Assembly: GCA_046753765.1 (NCBI GenBank)
Contig: JBHHUN010000006.1
Location: forward strand, 130-64,129
Direction of reading: 5' to 3'
Length of the DNA: 64,000 bases
Source of the DNA: Candidatus Dojkabacteria bacterium
GTDB taxonomy: Bacteria > Patescibacteriota > Dojkabacteria > B142 > OLB20
Each line of letters begins with the position of its first letter. Within the stretch, counting starts at the first letter, position 1. This document shows, piece after piece, positions 40,184 through 49,514 of the stretch. Position numbers and translations under genes: made by a program. Under the pieces are notes generated by a model. It searched no databases, was not told the origin of the DNA, and saw only the letters and a list, made by a program, of their open reading frames with translations.

Positions 40184-43053
40184 CCAGCTTGGTACGGCCA
40201 ACGCGCATACATTATCGTCTCTGTATCACCTTCGATCTTTGGAAACTCTTTCCACACCCTCTCTGTTATGAAAGGGATGAATGGATGCAGCAGGATCATG
40301 TAGTTTCTGTAAACATGGTAGAGCGTCCATTGGGCAGCCATTCTGCTTGTCTTTGCTTCATCTGATGCATTAATCTCATTCCCATCGCGGTCTTTGGTAT
40401 ACAGCCGTGTTTTAATCTTCTCGAGATAGATATCAGCGAATGTGTGCCAGAACGATTCGTAAAGCTCTTGAGCAGCAACTCCCAGTAAAAATTTATCCAT
40501 ACGTTTTTTTGTATCCTTACAGAGTTTGCTAATATGGTCCAGCACCTCTTTATCTTCGACTTCAAGTTTGAGGTCCTCTTTAGTGAGACTCGTGACATCA
40601 TCTGCGCCCTCAAGGTTAGTAAGCGCGAACTTACCTGCATTCCAGATCTTGTTTAGGAATCGCTTAAAGCCTTCCAGCTTCTCGTACGAGATAGGATAGC
40701 CAGCGCCCGCTTTGTTACCGACTATGTACATCAACCGCAATGCGTCTGCGCCGTATTTATTAATTATGTCATCGGGCATCACAACGTTCCCCCTTGACTT
40801 ACTCATCTTCTGTCCATCAGGTGCTTTTACCAAACCATGTAAATAGACGTCTTCAAAAGGGATTTCGCCTTGAGTATAGATACCGAGCATGATCATTCGT
40901 GAGACCCAGAGTTCAAGAATATCGTAAGCTGTCTCCATTACGTGAGAAGGGTAAAAGGTGTCCATCAGATCATGTGCCGTAAGTGTTGCATACGGCCACT
41001 GACCGGAGGAGAACCATGTGTCGAAAACATCATTGTCCTGGATCCAGCCTGGTTCGGCAATGTTAAATTTAAGCTCTTCCAGATTATTTGCATCTTCTTT
41101 ACGGGATTCTTCAGGTGTTACATGCCATAATTTTCTCTTCAATATCCTGATAATGCCGACATGCGCAACAACAAGTATGTTTTTCCCTTCGTACTCTTCA
41201 ATTAGTTTCTCAATAAAGTCCTCGACTCTTGTTTCAACCTCTTCAATAGATTCACCGGATGGTAAATATGGTTGGTAGTTTGGGTGATTTTTTGCGGCGA
41301 GATCAGGATGCTTGTTTGCAAACTCATCCCAGGTAAGACCCTCGGCCTCGCCAAAATCCCGCTCAATAAGGAGGTCTTCAACCTCAACCTCAGCCCCAAG
41401 TTTCTCTGCGATTATCTCTGCCGTCTGGATACTTCTTTTGAGGGGTGAGGTGAGAACGATGTCATATTTATTTTCGCCAGATTCAGAATACTGCTCTGCT
41501 TGAGTTTTTCCGCTTTCGTTCAAAGGCAGGTCGGTCCTTCCTGATAGTTTGCCCTCTTTATTGTCGTCAGTTTCGCCATGCCTTATCACTGTCAGGGTGA
41601 TACCTGGTGGGTCAGTCTGTACCCTTGCCAGACCTTTCTGTGCGGCATCATAGATGCCAGCAATAGGCTTCCCGTCTATTGTTTCGACTACCTGTCCGTT
41701 TTCGTCTATGTGTTCACTAAGCTCTCCTTTATACCAGACCGGTATACGATACCCCCACCATAGCGAGCGGGAAACAGGCCAGTCATGCAGGTTTTCCATC
41801 CAGTTAAGATACTTTTTTTTCATGTAGTCGGGGTGGATGTGGACCCTTCCACTTTTGACGACATCAATGGCCGGTTTTTTTAGTTTCTCAACGTCAATGA
41901 ACCACTGTGATGACATTATCTGTTCTATCACAGCTTTAGAGCGTTCGCCGATCATTACTCTTTGGGTTATTCTCTCTGTTTTGATAACCAGATCCCCAAG
42001 GTCTTTTACTACCTCTTTCCGACAGTCTTCGGTAGTCATGCCTATATACTTCCCCGGAATCGGACCGGTCATCTTTGCGTCTTTATCTATCACGTTCACG
42101 TATCCGATTTTTCCTTTTACGGTCTTTTGTTCGGAGTTCCACTCGTTCATGATGACATAGTCTTCGTACGCGTGGGATGGTGTGAGCTTGAGGGCTCCTG
42201 TACCAAATTCCATTTCGATTCTTCCCGAGCTTATGATTGGGATTTCGCGTTCAACTAAAGGAAGGATGACAGTTTGACCGATTAAGTGCTTGTAACGTTT
42301 GTCTTTGGGATCAACAACAACAGCAGTGTCTCCCAGCATTGTTTCGGGGCGGGTTGTGGCTACAGTTATGTGTTTAGTATCTCCGTCCGCCTCCTTTAAG
42401 GGGTAGTTAATGTAGATAAGTTGAGATTCCCGCTCAACTCTTTCTGTGTCAATGTCGGCGAGTGTAGTTTGAGCCACAGGGTCCCAGTTAACGATTCGCA
42501 CACCCTTATAGACCATGTTGTCGTCAAACATCTTTAGAAAAGTGCCCAGCACGGTGTCGACTATCTTTGGATCAAGGGTAAACAGGTCGCGGTCATAGTC
42601 ACTTGAGAGACCGATACGCTTCTCATCATCAACGATGAGTGGCCTCAGTTTTTCAAAGTGAGCGTACGCTGCCTTGTAAAACTTCTCGCGGCCCATGTCT
42701 GCCTTTGATTTCTTTTTGTTTTCTAAGAAGATCTTTTCAACCAGCACTTCCCCTTGGATTCCAGCGTGATCACGTCCAGGTTGGCCAAGGACTTTCTTGC
42801 CGAGTATTCTTTGGTAGCGAAGCATTGCATCTTGGTAAGCAAATCCTGAGACATTACCTATGTGAGGGCGGGAGTATGCGTTTGGTGGCGGATTGATGAT
42901 GCAAAAAGGTGAACGGGCGTCTTTCTCCATCTCTTCTTTCGAGAGTAGTCCTTTATCGCGATCGTACTCAGGCTTGTAGAAGGGATTGTCAAGCCAGAAC
43001 TTCAGTATCTCTTCTTCGGTTTTGGTTGCGTTGTACGGGCCTTTTGGTAGCAT
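40180..43053 (-). CDS. valS: Valine--tRNA ligase with inserted histidine-phosphatase domain
   Basis: PPPN, HIGN, DHAGI, ATTRPET, SRSLWWG, DTWFSS, KMSKS; RHG domain at about 41065-41601. Confidence 0.95.
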   Translation of the reverse strand: MLPKGPYNATKTEEEILKFWLDNPFYKPEYDRDKGLLSKEEMEKDARSPFCIINPPPNAYSRPHIGNVSGFAYQDAMLRYQRILGKKVLGQPGRDHAGIQGEVLVEKIFLENKKKSKADMGREKFYKAAYAHFEKLRPLIVDDEKRIGLSSDYDRDLFTLDPKIVDTVLGTFLKMFDDNMVYKGVRIVNWDPVAQTTLADIDTERVERESQLIYINYPLKEADGDTKHITVATTRPETMLGDTAVVVDPKDKRYKHLIGQTVILPLVEREIPIISSGRIEMEFGTGALKLTPSHAYEDYVIMNEWNSEQKTVKGKIGYVNVIDKDAKMTGPIPGKYIGMTTEDCRKEVVKDLGDLVIKTERITQRVMIGERSKAVIEQIMSSQWFIDVEKLKKPAIDVVKSGRVHIHPDYMKKKYLNWMENLHDWPVSRSLWWGYRIPVWYKGELSEHIDENGQVVETIDGKPIAGIYDAAQKGLARVQTDPPGITLTVIRHGETDDNKEGKLSGRTDLPLNESGKTQAEQYSESGENKYDIVLTSPLKRSIQTAEIIAEKLGAEVEVEDLLIERDFGEAEGLTWDEFANKHPDLAAKNHPNYQPYLPSGESIEEVETRVEDFIEKLIEEYEGKNILVVAHVGIIRILKRKLWHVTPEESRKEDANNLEELKFNIAEPGWIQDNDVFDTWFSSGQWPYATLTAHDLMDTFYPSHVMETAYDILELWVSRMIMLGIYTQGEIPFEDVYLHGLVKAPDGQKMSKSRGNVVMPDDIINKYGADALRLMYIVGNKAGAGYPISYEKLEGFKRFLNKIWNAGKFALTNLEGADDVTSLTKEDLKLEVEDKEVLDHISKLCKDTKKRMDKFLLGVAAQELYESFWHTFADIYLEKIKTRLYTKDRDGNEINASDEAKTSRMAAQWTLYHVYRNYMILLHPFIPFITERVWKEFPKIEGDTETIMYARWPYQAG

Positions 43054-43120
43054 GCTTTTCTCAGTTCACCGAGTGGGGATTCCCCTAACCCCTGTCGTAA
43101 GTATATATAAAATTACCAAA

Positions 43121-43156
43121 TTTACCGAGCTAGTTATTAATAACTAGCTCGGTAAA
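43121..43156. repeat. Perfect 36-bp palindrome
   Basis: TTTACCGAGCTAGTTATT|AATAACTAGCTCGGTAAA. Confidence 0.95.
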
Positions 43157-43158
43157 CG

Positions 43159-43390
43159 AAAAAACCCCTGACCGATTACCATTCATGATAACAGGTCAGA
43201 GGTCTTCTATTAGACGGTACCACTCTGAGTTTCACTTGATCAGCTGTAACGGGCTTACCCGGGAGGTTCTTGCCGTCACCCTAATTAACTTAGGATCTAC
43301 GGTTTTTCCTCCGGCCTGCCGGGCTGCGAGCTTGTCTCCTGCCTGGCTGGTTCGGTGACGAGTCGAACTCTGACCTTTGGTTATTTAGTT
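43159..43390 (-). promoter_or_regulatory. T-box riboswitch leader of valS
   Basis: Stem I 43345-43375 with GUC in the loop; Stem II with AGAA-type internal loop; IIA/B CGGGUAAGCCCGUUACAGCU; antiterminator CAGAG-UGGUACC-GUCU...AGAC-CUCUG; terminator 43165-43202 plus U6. Confidence 0.9.
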
Positions 43391-43396
43391 CGCTCG

Positions 43397-43425
43397 ATTT
43401 TAGCAGAAAGAGAGGAGATAGGCAA
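43397..43425 (-). promoter_or_regulatory. Sigma70 promoter of the valS leader
   Basis: TTGCCT-N17-TAAAAT with extended TG. Confidence 0.65.
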
Positions 43426-43450
43426 TCATGGTATTAGTTTGTAGATTGTT

Positions 43451-43804
43451 TTAGAATTCGCACATCGGCGATCCTTCTGTTGTGGTATGTATCTGGAGTA
43501 TCTTTCTAGCAACTGCGACAGGAGCATCGGGTGATACCCGCATTGCGAGGACAGCCAGAGTGTAATCGTCTGTACGCATCACTTTATTCATCAATCGTGA
43601 TTCCGGTCTGAATAAATTCTCTGCCTCCTCACAAAGTTGACTGGCTAGTATACGATTCGCTTTTGCCCTGTCGGTTCCGTGTCTAGTTCTGACATGTCTG
43701 CAAATATAAAAAGTAAAGTCGTAGTTTATTATGTTTTTTGCTTTCTTTATTATTTTGATTTGATTTTTACCGCCCGAATCTCCTGAGTGCAAAATTAAAA
43801 GCAC
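43451..43804 (-). CDS. Hypothetical protein (start uncertain, possibly a fragment)
   Basis: ORF only; AT-rich 5' part. Confidence 0.3.
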   Translation of the reverse strand: MLLILHSGDSGGKNQIKIIKKAKNIINYDFTFYICRHVRTRHGTDRAKANRILASQLCEEAENLFRPESRLMNKVMRTDDYTLAVLAMRVSPDAPVAVARKILQIHTTTEGSPMCEF

Positions 43805-44621
43805 CTATTGGGAAATTTTCTGAAAGTGCGAATAGATCAGTTCGCCCTGCATCAATGTCTGCTCTCCTCAATCTAGAAAGAGACATACCCAGTGGTACGT
43901 CAAGTTCTGGCCCTATTGTCAGAAAATTCGAGGTTAGTAACCCTCCGGTGAATTGATTGACGAAATAAACATGTTGGTCCTCACCGCCACTTTGGACAGT
44001 TGCAACATTTACCGACCAGATTGTATCCAGCAGTTCAGCAGGGTGTTGAAATATGGAGTTACTGGGGAACTGAACAAAGAAGTGATCGGATTCATTCTGA
44101 GCCCTTGTAAGGTCTAGCAGGGTACGCAGTGCAGTTCTATCCTCGGTGTTTGTATAGCGAAGATCATCTTTCGCGTAATGGTAGGCTGTGTCGGGTCCTC
44201 CTGTTAGGGGTGGAAGAAACCCGAGGTCATTAGGCTGATCCGCGGGTGGGAAAGTTGATTGGTATGCCTGAGTTTCACGTATCGTGCGTTTCGACCCGAG
44301 TGGTATACCCAGTCTCTTCATTTGGGTTACTTCTACCGTATGCAGTGAAGCTGCAAAAAGGAACGGCCTGTTTTCTGGATCAGGAATGCCGGGTTCAAAC
44401 AGAAGAACTGTTGCGCATGTAAACGGAACATTCGGGCTTAACACAACAACTTGAACGAATTGCTGGATTGTACCACTGGTGCGAAGTCGTGTTGCTACTC
44501 CGATTTGAGACCCTTTCAACGCTTGGGTAACAAACTCTCCTGCCTCGTGCCTGAGCCTTGCTAATGTTTTAGCCTCTGAAGCGTCCTCACCACTGAGTTG
44601 TTCTGATATGGCTTCGTTCAT
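43767..44621 (-). CDS. Hypothetical protein
   Basis: 284-aa ORF; no family recognised. Confidence 0.55.
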   Translation of the reverse strand: MNEAISEQLSGEDASEAKTLARLRHEAGEFVTQALKGSQIGVATRLRTSGTIQQFVQVVVLSPNVPFTCATVLLFEPGIPDPENRPFLFAASLHTVEVTQMKRLGIPLGSKRTIRETQAYQSTFPPADQPNDLGFLPPLTGGPDTAYHYAKDDLRYTNTEDRTALRTLLDLTRAQNESDHFFVQFPSNSIFQHPAELLDTIWSVNVATVQSGGEDQHVYFVNQFTGGLLTSNFLTIGPELDVPLGMSLSRLRRADIDAGRTDLFALSENFPIGAFNFALRRFGR

Positions 44622-44887
44622 GAGAAGTAAAGTTGTTACCAGTTATGTCTCTTGCTTTCTTTAAAAGGGTTTCCCCATATTAGAAATAGTTGGAATAGTT
44701 ACTCTCGGGGTAGGGGTGAGAGCTAAAGAGAGGATAAATACACGATTCTGCAAAAAAGTGCAGCCACCTATATTCATCTACTAACTAATCCGTGTTAAAG
44801 AGCTATATACTAAATATATTATACCAGATATTGGATATTTATCTCTTATAATTTCAGTGAAATTGGGGGCTATAACGGGGATATGCG

Positions 44888-46771
44888 CTATGCTTCAGGG
44901 TCAAGGTTTCCCATGCTTCTCTCTTCAAATTGCTGTTTTTTGACCCTTTTTCGTTCTCTAATTAGCACATATTTCCCTCCTACGTCCCAAAGCTTTTCAC
45001 CAAGGTCTACATGAAGTCCGAATCTAAAGATCGTTGCCCCAATAGCCAGGAGAATAATGGCAAAGATAATGCGATCGTCCACGTCACTAATGAGGGCTGT
45101 ATCGGGTGTGCAGAATGGGGTAATTGTGGCTGTGTCCCGTCCACGTTCTGTGCCGCCTTCTGTCACAATTACAGTATTCTCAAAGGTCTGGTTGTATTGC
45201 GACTGGGTAAATTCAACATCATAATTTAACGTAACTGATGAATTTCCATCGATATCAATATCGCTCCAGGTAATAACACCGTTTGAGAGCATCCCCCCGA
45301 ATGTGATACTGGTAAGAATTACCTGGTTGTCACTAACACCACTATCGAGTGTGTCGGTAACATTAAATGTTCGTGTCTGTGAGTCGGGATTAGTAACTGT
45401 AATCGAGTAGGTCGCAACAGATGTACTGTTACCACTGCCACAAGATTGTGAGGCAGTTTTAACCACGGTGACTGCATCTATTGGGGTGCACATGTCAGCC
45501 AGACATTCAGAAGGTGTGTCTATGCACATGTTTAACTGACATACTCCTGTTCCGTCACTGTCGTCGTCTGTGCAGGTGTGGTCCTGCTCACAGGCATCTG
45601 CTCCTTGTGCGGGGTCACATGGCTCTCCGCATGCTGTTATTACAAATGTTGGCGTTGGGGATGGCGTTGGTGTTGGGCTCACAAGTGGCGTACACATATC
45701 AGACTCGCACAGTGATGGATCACCGATACACATATCGAATTGGCACACACCCATACCATCACTATCATCGTCAATACACTGATGATCCTGCTCGCAGGCG
45801 TTAGGTCCACCGGCGGGGTCGCAAGGCATGCCACACACTGCAGGTGTTGGTGAAGGAGTGGGTGTTGGCGTTGGACTGATCACTGCCTCGGGTACCCAGG
45901 TCCAGTTCATGGAAACGTTTGCCAGATTACCCACACGATTCAAGTATAACGACTCGCTGAACTGGTTGCCCTCCTGGTGGTTGTTTCTTCCTACGTACGT
46001 GGTTTGTGGCGAATTTGGAAACCGCGATGCCATTGTTTCAAACGTAACGTCATTCTGGTCGAAGACAACAACGGTATTTTGATTGTCACTGGTGATGTTT
46101 GTTGAGTCGATCTTAAAATAGCCACCACCTTTTGGGTCATCGGCATCGAATGTAAATCTTGCCCCGGAGCCAAAATCGTTAAACCATCCCTGTGGGAAGT
46201 AGGGAACAAACCGATAGTATTCAAGTGTGTCATCTGCAGTACGGGAGACTGTGGCGTGAGGACGCGCCTGATTGTAAGCAGCTGTGATGCACTGCACCTG
46301 GCCAAGGTATCCAAGAGCAACAATGTTGTATGTTGTGTTAGTAGTTTCTGTGCAACTGGTCCTGTCCAACGAAGGTGTACCGCCAAACTGCATTGCACGA
46401 AACGTGACACCGTAGATCTGCATACCCCAGGTAGCCTCAAGATGCTCTGCGGTGAGTGTGCCACAGCGATCACCGCCACCACCGTCGTCCATATGCGCTC
46501 TGCCATTTGTATTGGTCACGAAGTAAAGTGCGGGGGCAGCTCCACGACCGTTGTAGTTTTGCTCTTTAGCGAGCATGTCTTTTCCGAGCGGTGTAAAAAC
46601 CGAGATGACCATTCCCTCAAGGGCGGTATCTGGAGTTGCAAGACCATCTATCTCTGCCCTGACTCTCATCTGAGCGTTGCCTGGTTGAAATGCCGAAGCA
46701 GTAGAGGAGAATAGGGCGAAACTAATAAGTGCTATGAGTGAACCGATTGTAATGTAAACTAGTCTTCTCAC
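44888..46771 (-). CDS. Surface protein: signal peptide, two 8-Cys repeats, PT linkers, DUF11-like Ig domain, C-terminal TM
   Basis: TVVKTA..ATYSITVTN..VTDTL..GVITW..VTLNY DUF11 pattern; TPDTA followed by TM and basic tail. Confidence 0.8.
   Translation of the reverse strand: MRRLVYITIGSLIALISFALFSSTASAFQPGNAQMRVRAEIDGLATPDTALEGMVISVFTPLGKDMLAKEQNYNGRGAAPALYFVTNTNGRAHMDDGGGGDRCGTLTAEHLEATWGMQIYGVTFRAMQFGGTPSLDRTSCTETTNTTYNIVALGYLGQVQCITAAYNQARPHATVSRTADDTLEYYRFVPYFPQGWFNDFGSGARFTFDADDPKGGGYFKIDSTNITSDNQNTVVVFDQNDVTFETMASRFPNSPQTTYVGRNNHQEGNQFSESLYLNRVGNLANVSMNWTWVPEAVISPTPTPTPSPTPAVCGMPCDPAGGPNACEQDHQCIDDDSDGMGVCQFDMCIGDPSLCESDMCTPLVSPTPTPSPTPTFVITACGEPCDPAQGADACEQDHTCTDDDSDGTGVCQLNMCIDTPSECLADMCTPIDAVTVVKTASQSCGSGNSTSVATYSITVTNPDSQTRTFNVTDTLDSGVSDNQVILTSITFGGMLSNGVITWSDIDIDGNSSVTLNYDVEFTQSQYNQTFENTVIVTEGGTERGRDTATITPFCTPDTALISDVDDRIIFAIILLAIGATIFRFGLHVDLGEKLWDVGGKYVLIRERKRVKKQQFEERSMGNLDPEA
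45482..45835 (-). repeat. Two 150-bp intragenic repeats (50-aa, 8-Cys, DDDSDG module)
   Basis: Copies at 45686-45835 and 45482-45631: CGxPCDPAxGxxACEQDHxCxDDDSDGxGVCQxxMCIxxPSxCxxDMCTP. Confidence 0.9.
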
Positions 46772-47883
46772 TGTGTTGTTCCTCCTTTATGGATATTAAT
46801 GCTTGCCTCTCCTTCTTTAACAGCTTCGTCAGCCGCCTTTTCAAAATAATCGTCTGTTGACCCAAAGCCCTCACCGAGTGTTCTTTTATTTACTTTTATG
46901 ATGGCGAAAAAGATCTCTTCCCCTTCAAACTCAGGATCAGCAATAGCGTTTGTTACAGTGATCACGTTTGTCATCTGACCCTCTCCCAGTGACCACAACT
47001 GTCGGTTCAGCTCGTCTGAGTTAAAAGCAGGAAATCCATCTCTTTGGGCTGTAAAACTGGCATATGCATTGCCGTCTGCGGCTGGATCAACCTTTGTCTC
47101 TATTTCATTATCAGCAATGATAATGTCGCCTGCCTCTTTCATGGTGATCTTTTCAGAGTCAATCCTCTCCCAAAGATCATCAATTTTCGCTTTTGCAATC
47201 TTTTTACCTTCTTCTACTGACACGGGAACAATGTTGTTTCTAAACCAGATAGAGATGACCTCTGCCTCTATGGTCTCAATCACGTAAGGCTCGACCTTGG
47301 GTAGCATTTTCGTAACGAGCCTGTTTCTATCGGTGAAGTTTTTCTTTGGATCGTTGTATACGTTGTTACTGAGGGTAGTTAAGCCTAATTCTTCTGCCTT
47401 CTGGAGTATGAGTGAGTGATTGATCAGAACGTCCAGCCCCTGATCGACATCTGCATCGGTCAGCGCTTCAGAAGAAACGTAAGTTTCAAACTGGAGCAGG
47501 AACATGTAGTAGTTCAGATCGCGGCCATAGAGCGTTTCATTGCCCACGTTTAGGATTGGAGCCTCTGACCTGAACCTCGCACCCTCACCATCAAGGAATG
47601 CTTTCTGCTCTTCAAATGACTTGACCTTAATAGGCTCCCACCTTGAAGCAAACTGAAGCCTCTCGGTCTGGTTGCGTGGTATCTCTGCGTCCCACACTTG
47701 TTGCGAAGCCGCTGCCGTCTCCTCGGGTGACAGGTCGGGCTGTTCTTGAAGCTGGATTCCAACGTAAATTGCGCCCGCTCCGAGTGCGACGGTGACTATC
47801 AGTAAAACTGCAAATAAAACGCTTCTTCGTCTTCGCATAAGCAATCCAGGATGTTCATACAAATTAGCAGTTTCAGGGGGCAA
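46768..47883 (-). CDS. Membrane-anchored SurA/PrsA-like foldase (divergent)
   Basis: TM; LDVLINHSLILQKAEELGL SurA-N-like; AKAKIDDL..KEAG..LWSLGEGQMTNVI parvulin-like; ATGA-type overlap with the surface protein gene. Confidence 0.55.
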   Translation of the reverse strand: MPPETANLYEHPGLLMRRRRSVLFAVLLIVTVALGAGAIYVGIQLQEQPDLSPEETAAASQQVWDAEIPRNQTERLQFASRWEPIKVKSFEEQKAFLDGEGARFRSEAPILNVGNETLYGRDLNYYMFLLQFETYVSSEALTDADVDQGLDVLINHSLILQKAEELGLTTLSNNVYNDPKKNFTDRNRLVTKMLPKVEPYVIETIEAEVISIWFRNNIVPVSVEEGKKIAKAKIDDLWERIDSEKITMKEAGDIIIADNEIETKVDPAADGNAYASFTAQRDGFPAFNSDELNRQLWSLGEGQMTNVITVTNAIADPEFEGEEIFFAIIKVNKRTLGEGFGSTDDYFEKAADEAVKEGEASINIHKGGTTQ

Positions 47884-47913
47884 TATCTAGGTACAACGCT
47901 CACTTTTTGGCCC

Positions 47914-48660
47914 TCAGACGAGCCTGACAACTGATGCTTTTTCAAAAATATTTGGGATGTTAAGTTTAAGGCTGCGATAAACCGAACTTGTTACCGAAAC
48001 GTCTGCCAGATAAAGCTCTCCGGTGTAGTCAAGTGCCCGCTCTGACAGAAGACCCCTCTTGGGAAGTGCCAGGGTAATTGTTGCATATGCGTTAACTGTA
48101 GGGTTCATCGGTTCACCTGTTTCACCATCAAGCCCGGAGGGGAGATCGTTTGAGATGACAATAGTGTCAACCATGTTGGCAAGGTTTATCATTTGGGATA
48201 TTGGTTTGCGGGGGTCGCCTTGCAGACGGTAACCTACCAGCCCGTCCAGAATTATATCGCTGTCTTTCAAGATTGATTCTGCTTTGTTTTCCTCAACTTC
48301 ATCGAAATAAAACAGGCTGGCTCCCGAGTTTTTTAGAATCTGTACCTGGGCGCTCGCTGGTTTGGTCATTTCGCTGTCTTTGTTCGAGAGAAGGGCGGTT
48401 ACGTGTGCCCCCGCGTTAAGCAGATGTCTGGCTGCAGCAAGAGTTCCGCCTCCATTGTTACCTTTTCCGGCCATTACTGTGATCGTTTTCCCCTGAACAG
48501 ATCCATCCAAGCTGCTGCGTATTACGTGAGCGATTGCCCGGCCTGCGTTCTCCATCATCATTATTATGGGGACACCGATCTCTTCTACCATAAGCCGGTC
48601 AATCTCTTTCATCTGGTCAACAGAAATCGTGGGGAGGGAGGTTTTATCGATCTTCTCCAT
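47914..48660 (-). CDS. nnrE: NAD(P)H-hydrate epimerase (stand-alone YjeF-N)
   Basis: MMENAG, GKGNNGG, DGLVG, DLPSG, TITLALPK. Confidence 0.9.
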   Translation of the reverse strand: MEKIDKTSLPTISVDQMKEIDRLMVEEIGVPIIMMMENAGRAIAHVIRSSLDGSVQGKTITVMAGKGNNGGGTLAAARHLLNAGAHVTALLSNKDSEMTKPASAQVQILKNSGASLFYFDEVEENKAESILKDSDIILDGLVGYRLQGDPRKPISQMINLANMVDTIVISNDLPSGLDGETGEPMNPTVNAYATITLALPKRGLLSERALDYTGELYLADVSVTSSVYRSLKLNIPNIFEKASVVRLV

Positions 48661-48790
48661 GAAATTATTTTAACTGAGCTGGTTAAAAATATCCAGCTCG
48701 GAAGTTATGAGAGATTCTGGTATTTGTGGATAAATTAAGGACTAGTTAAGGTATGTGTTGTATAGATGGTTTATACATAGGGGTTAAAGT

Positions 48791-49450
48791 GTGAGACGGG
48801 ACAGGCAAAATCGGAAGGGTGTCTTTGATGTCATTCTTGATGTTATCTTCCCCGAATTTTGTGTTATCTGCGATACGATGGGACGGTACATATGTGATGA
48901 GTGTAAAAATGGCAAGCTGCAAAAGATTGCAGGAGTGCATTCCTTTAACCCTGGCGAGGATTCATTTTTGGAGGAGGTTATTGCTTGTGTCGAATATGAA
49001 AAGGCTGCAGCCAAGGTTCTGGGGGAAATAAAATACAACTTTTATCATGCAATCACAGGTGAGATTGCGCGCATGATGCAGGACCGTCTTGCAAAGGCAG
49101 GCATCACTTATGATTACTTGGTTCCTGTCCCGCTCTCCAGGAAGCGGCAGAATTGGAGGGGATTTAATCAGTCAGAGCTGATTGCAAAGAAGATCTCACC
49201 TAACACTCTGAACGCACTTTCAAGAAAGAGCTTCAAGAGGCCTCAGGTAGGGTTAAGTAGAGATGCCAGGCTCAAAAACGTTAAGAACGCTTTCAGGTTG
49301 AAAGAGAATATCAGGGGGAAGACACTTGTTTTGGTTGATGATGTAATGACTACTGGTGCCACACTTGAATCCTGTGCTGCGGCCTTAAAAAGAGGCGGGG
49401 CAAAGAGAGTTTATGGGTTAGTGTGGGCAAGGGATCTACTGAATGAATAG
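48791..49450 (+). CDS. comF: ComF family protein
   Basis: CxxC..CxxC zinc ribbon, VPVPL, RGFNQS, LVDDVMTTGAT. Confidence 0.92.
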   Translation: MRRDRQNRKGVFDVILDVIFPEFCVICDTMGRYICDECKNGKLQKIAGVHSFNPGEDSFLEEVIACVEYEKAAAKVLGEIKYNFYHAITGEIARMMQDRLAKAGITYDYLVPVPLSRKRQNWRGFNQSELIAKKISPNTLNALSRKSFKRPQVGLSRDARLKNVKNAFRLKENIRGKTLVLVDDVMTTGATLESCAAALKRGGAKRVYGLVWARDLLNE

Positions 49451-49514
49451 GCAGTGGTGATTGACGAAAATCCTGGAATCAACTATTATGCATATAATAG
49501 TAAATATATGTATT

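Noticed and set aside
41065-41601. Intein in valS
   Set aside because: No Cys/Ser N-terminal or His-Asn C-terminal splice motifs; the insert is a phosphatase fold.
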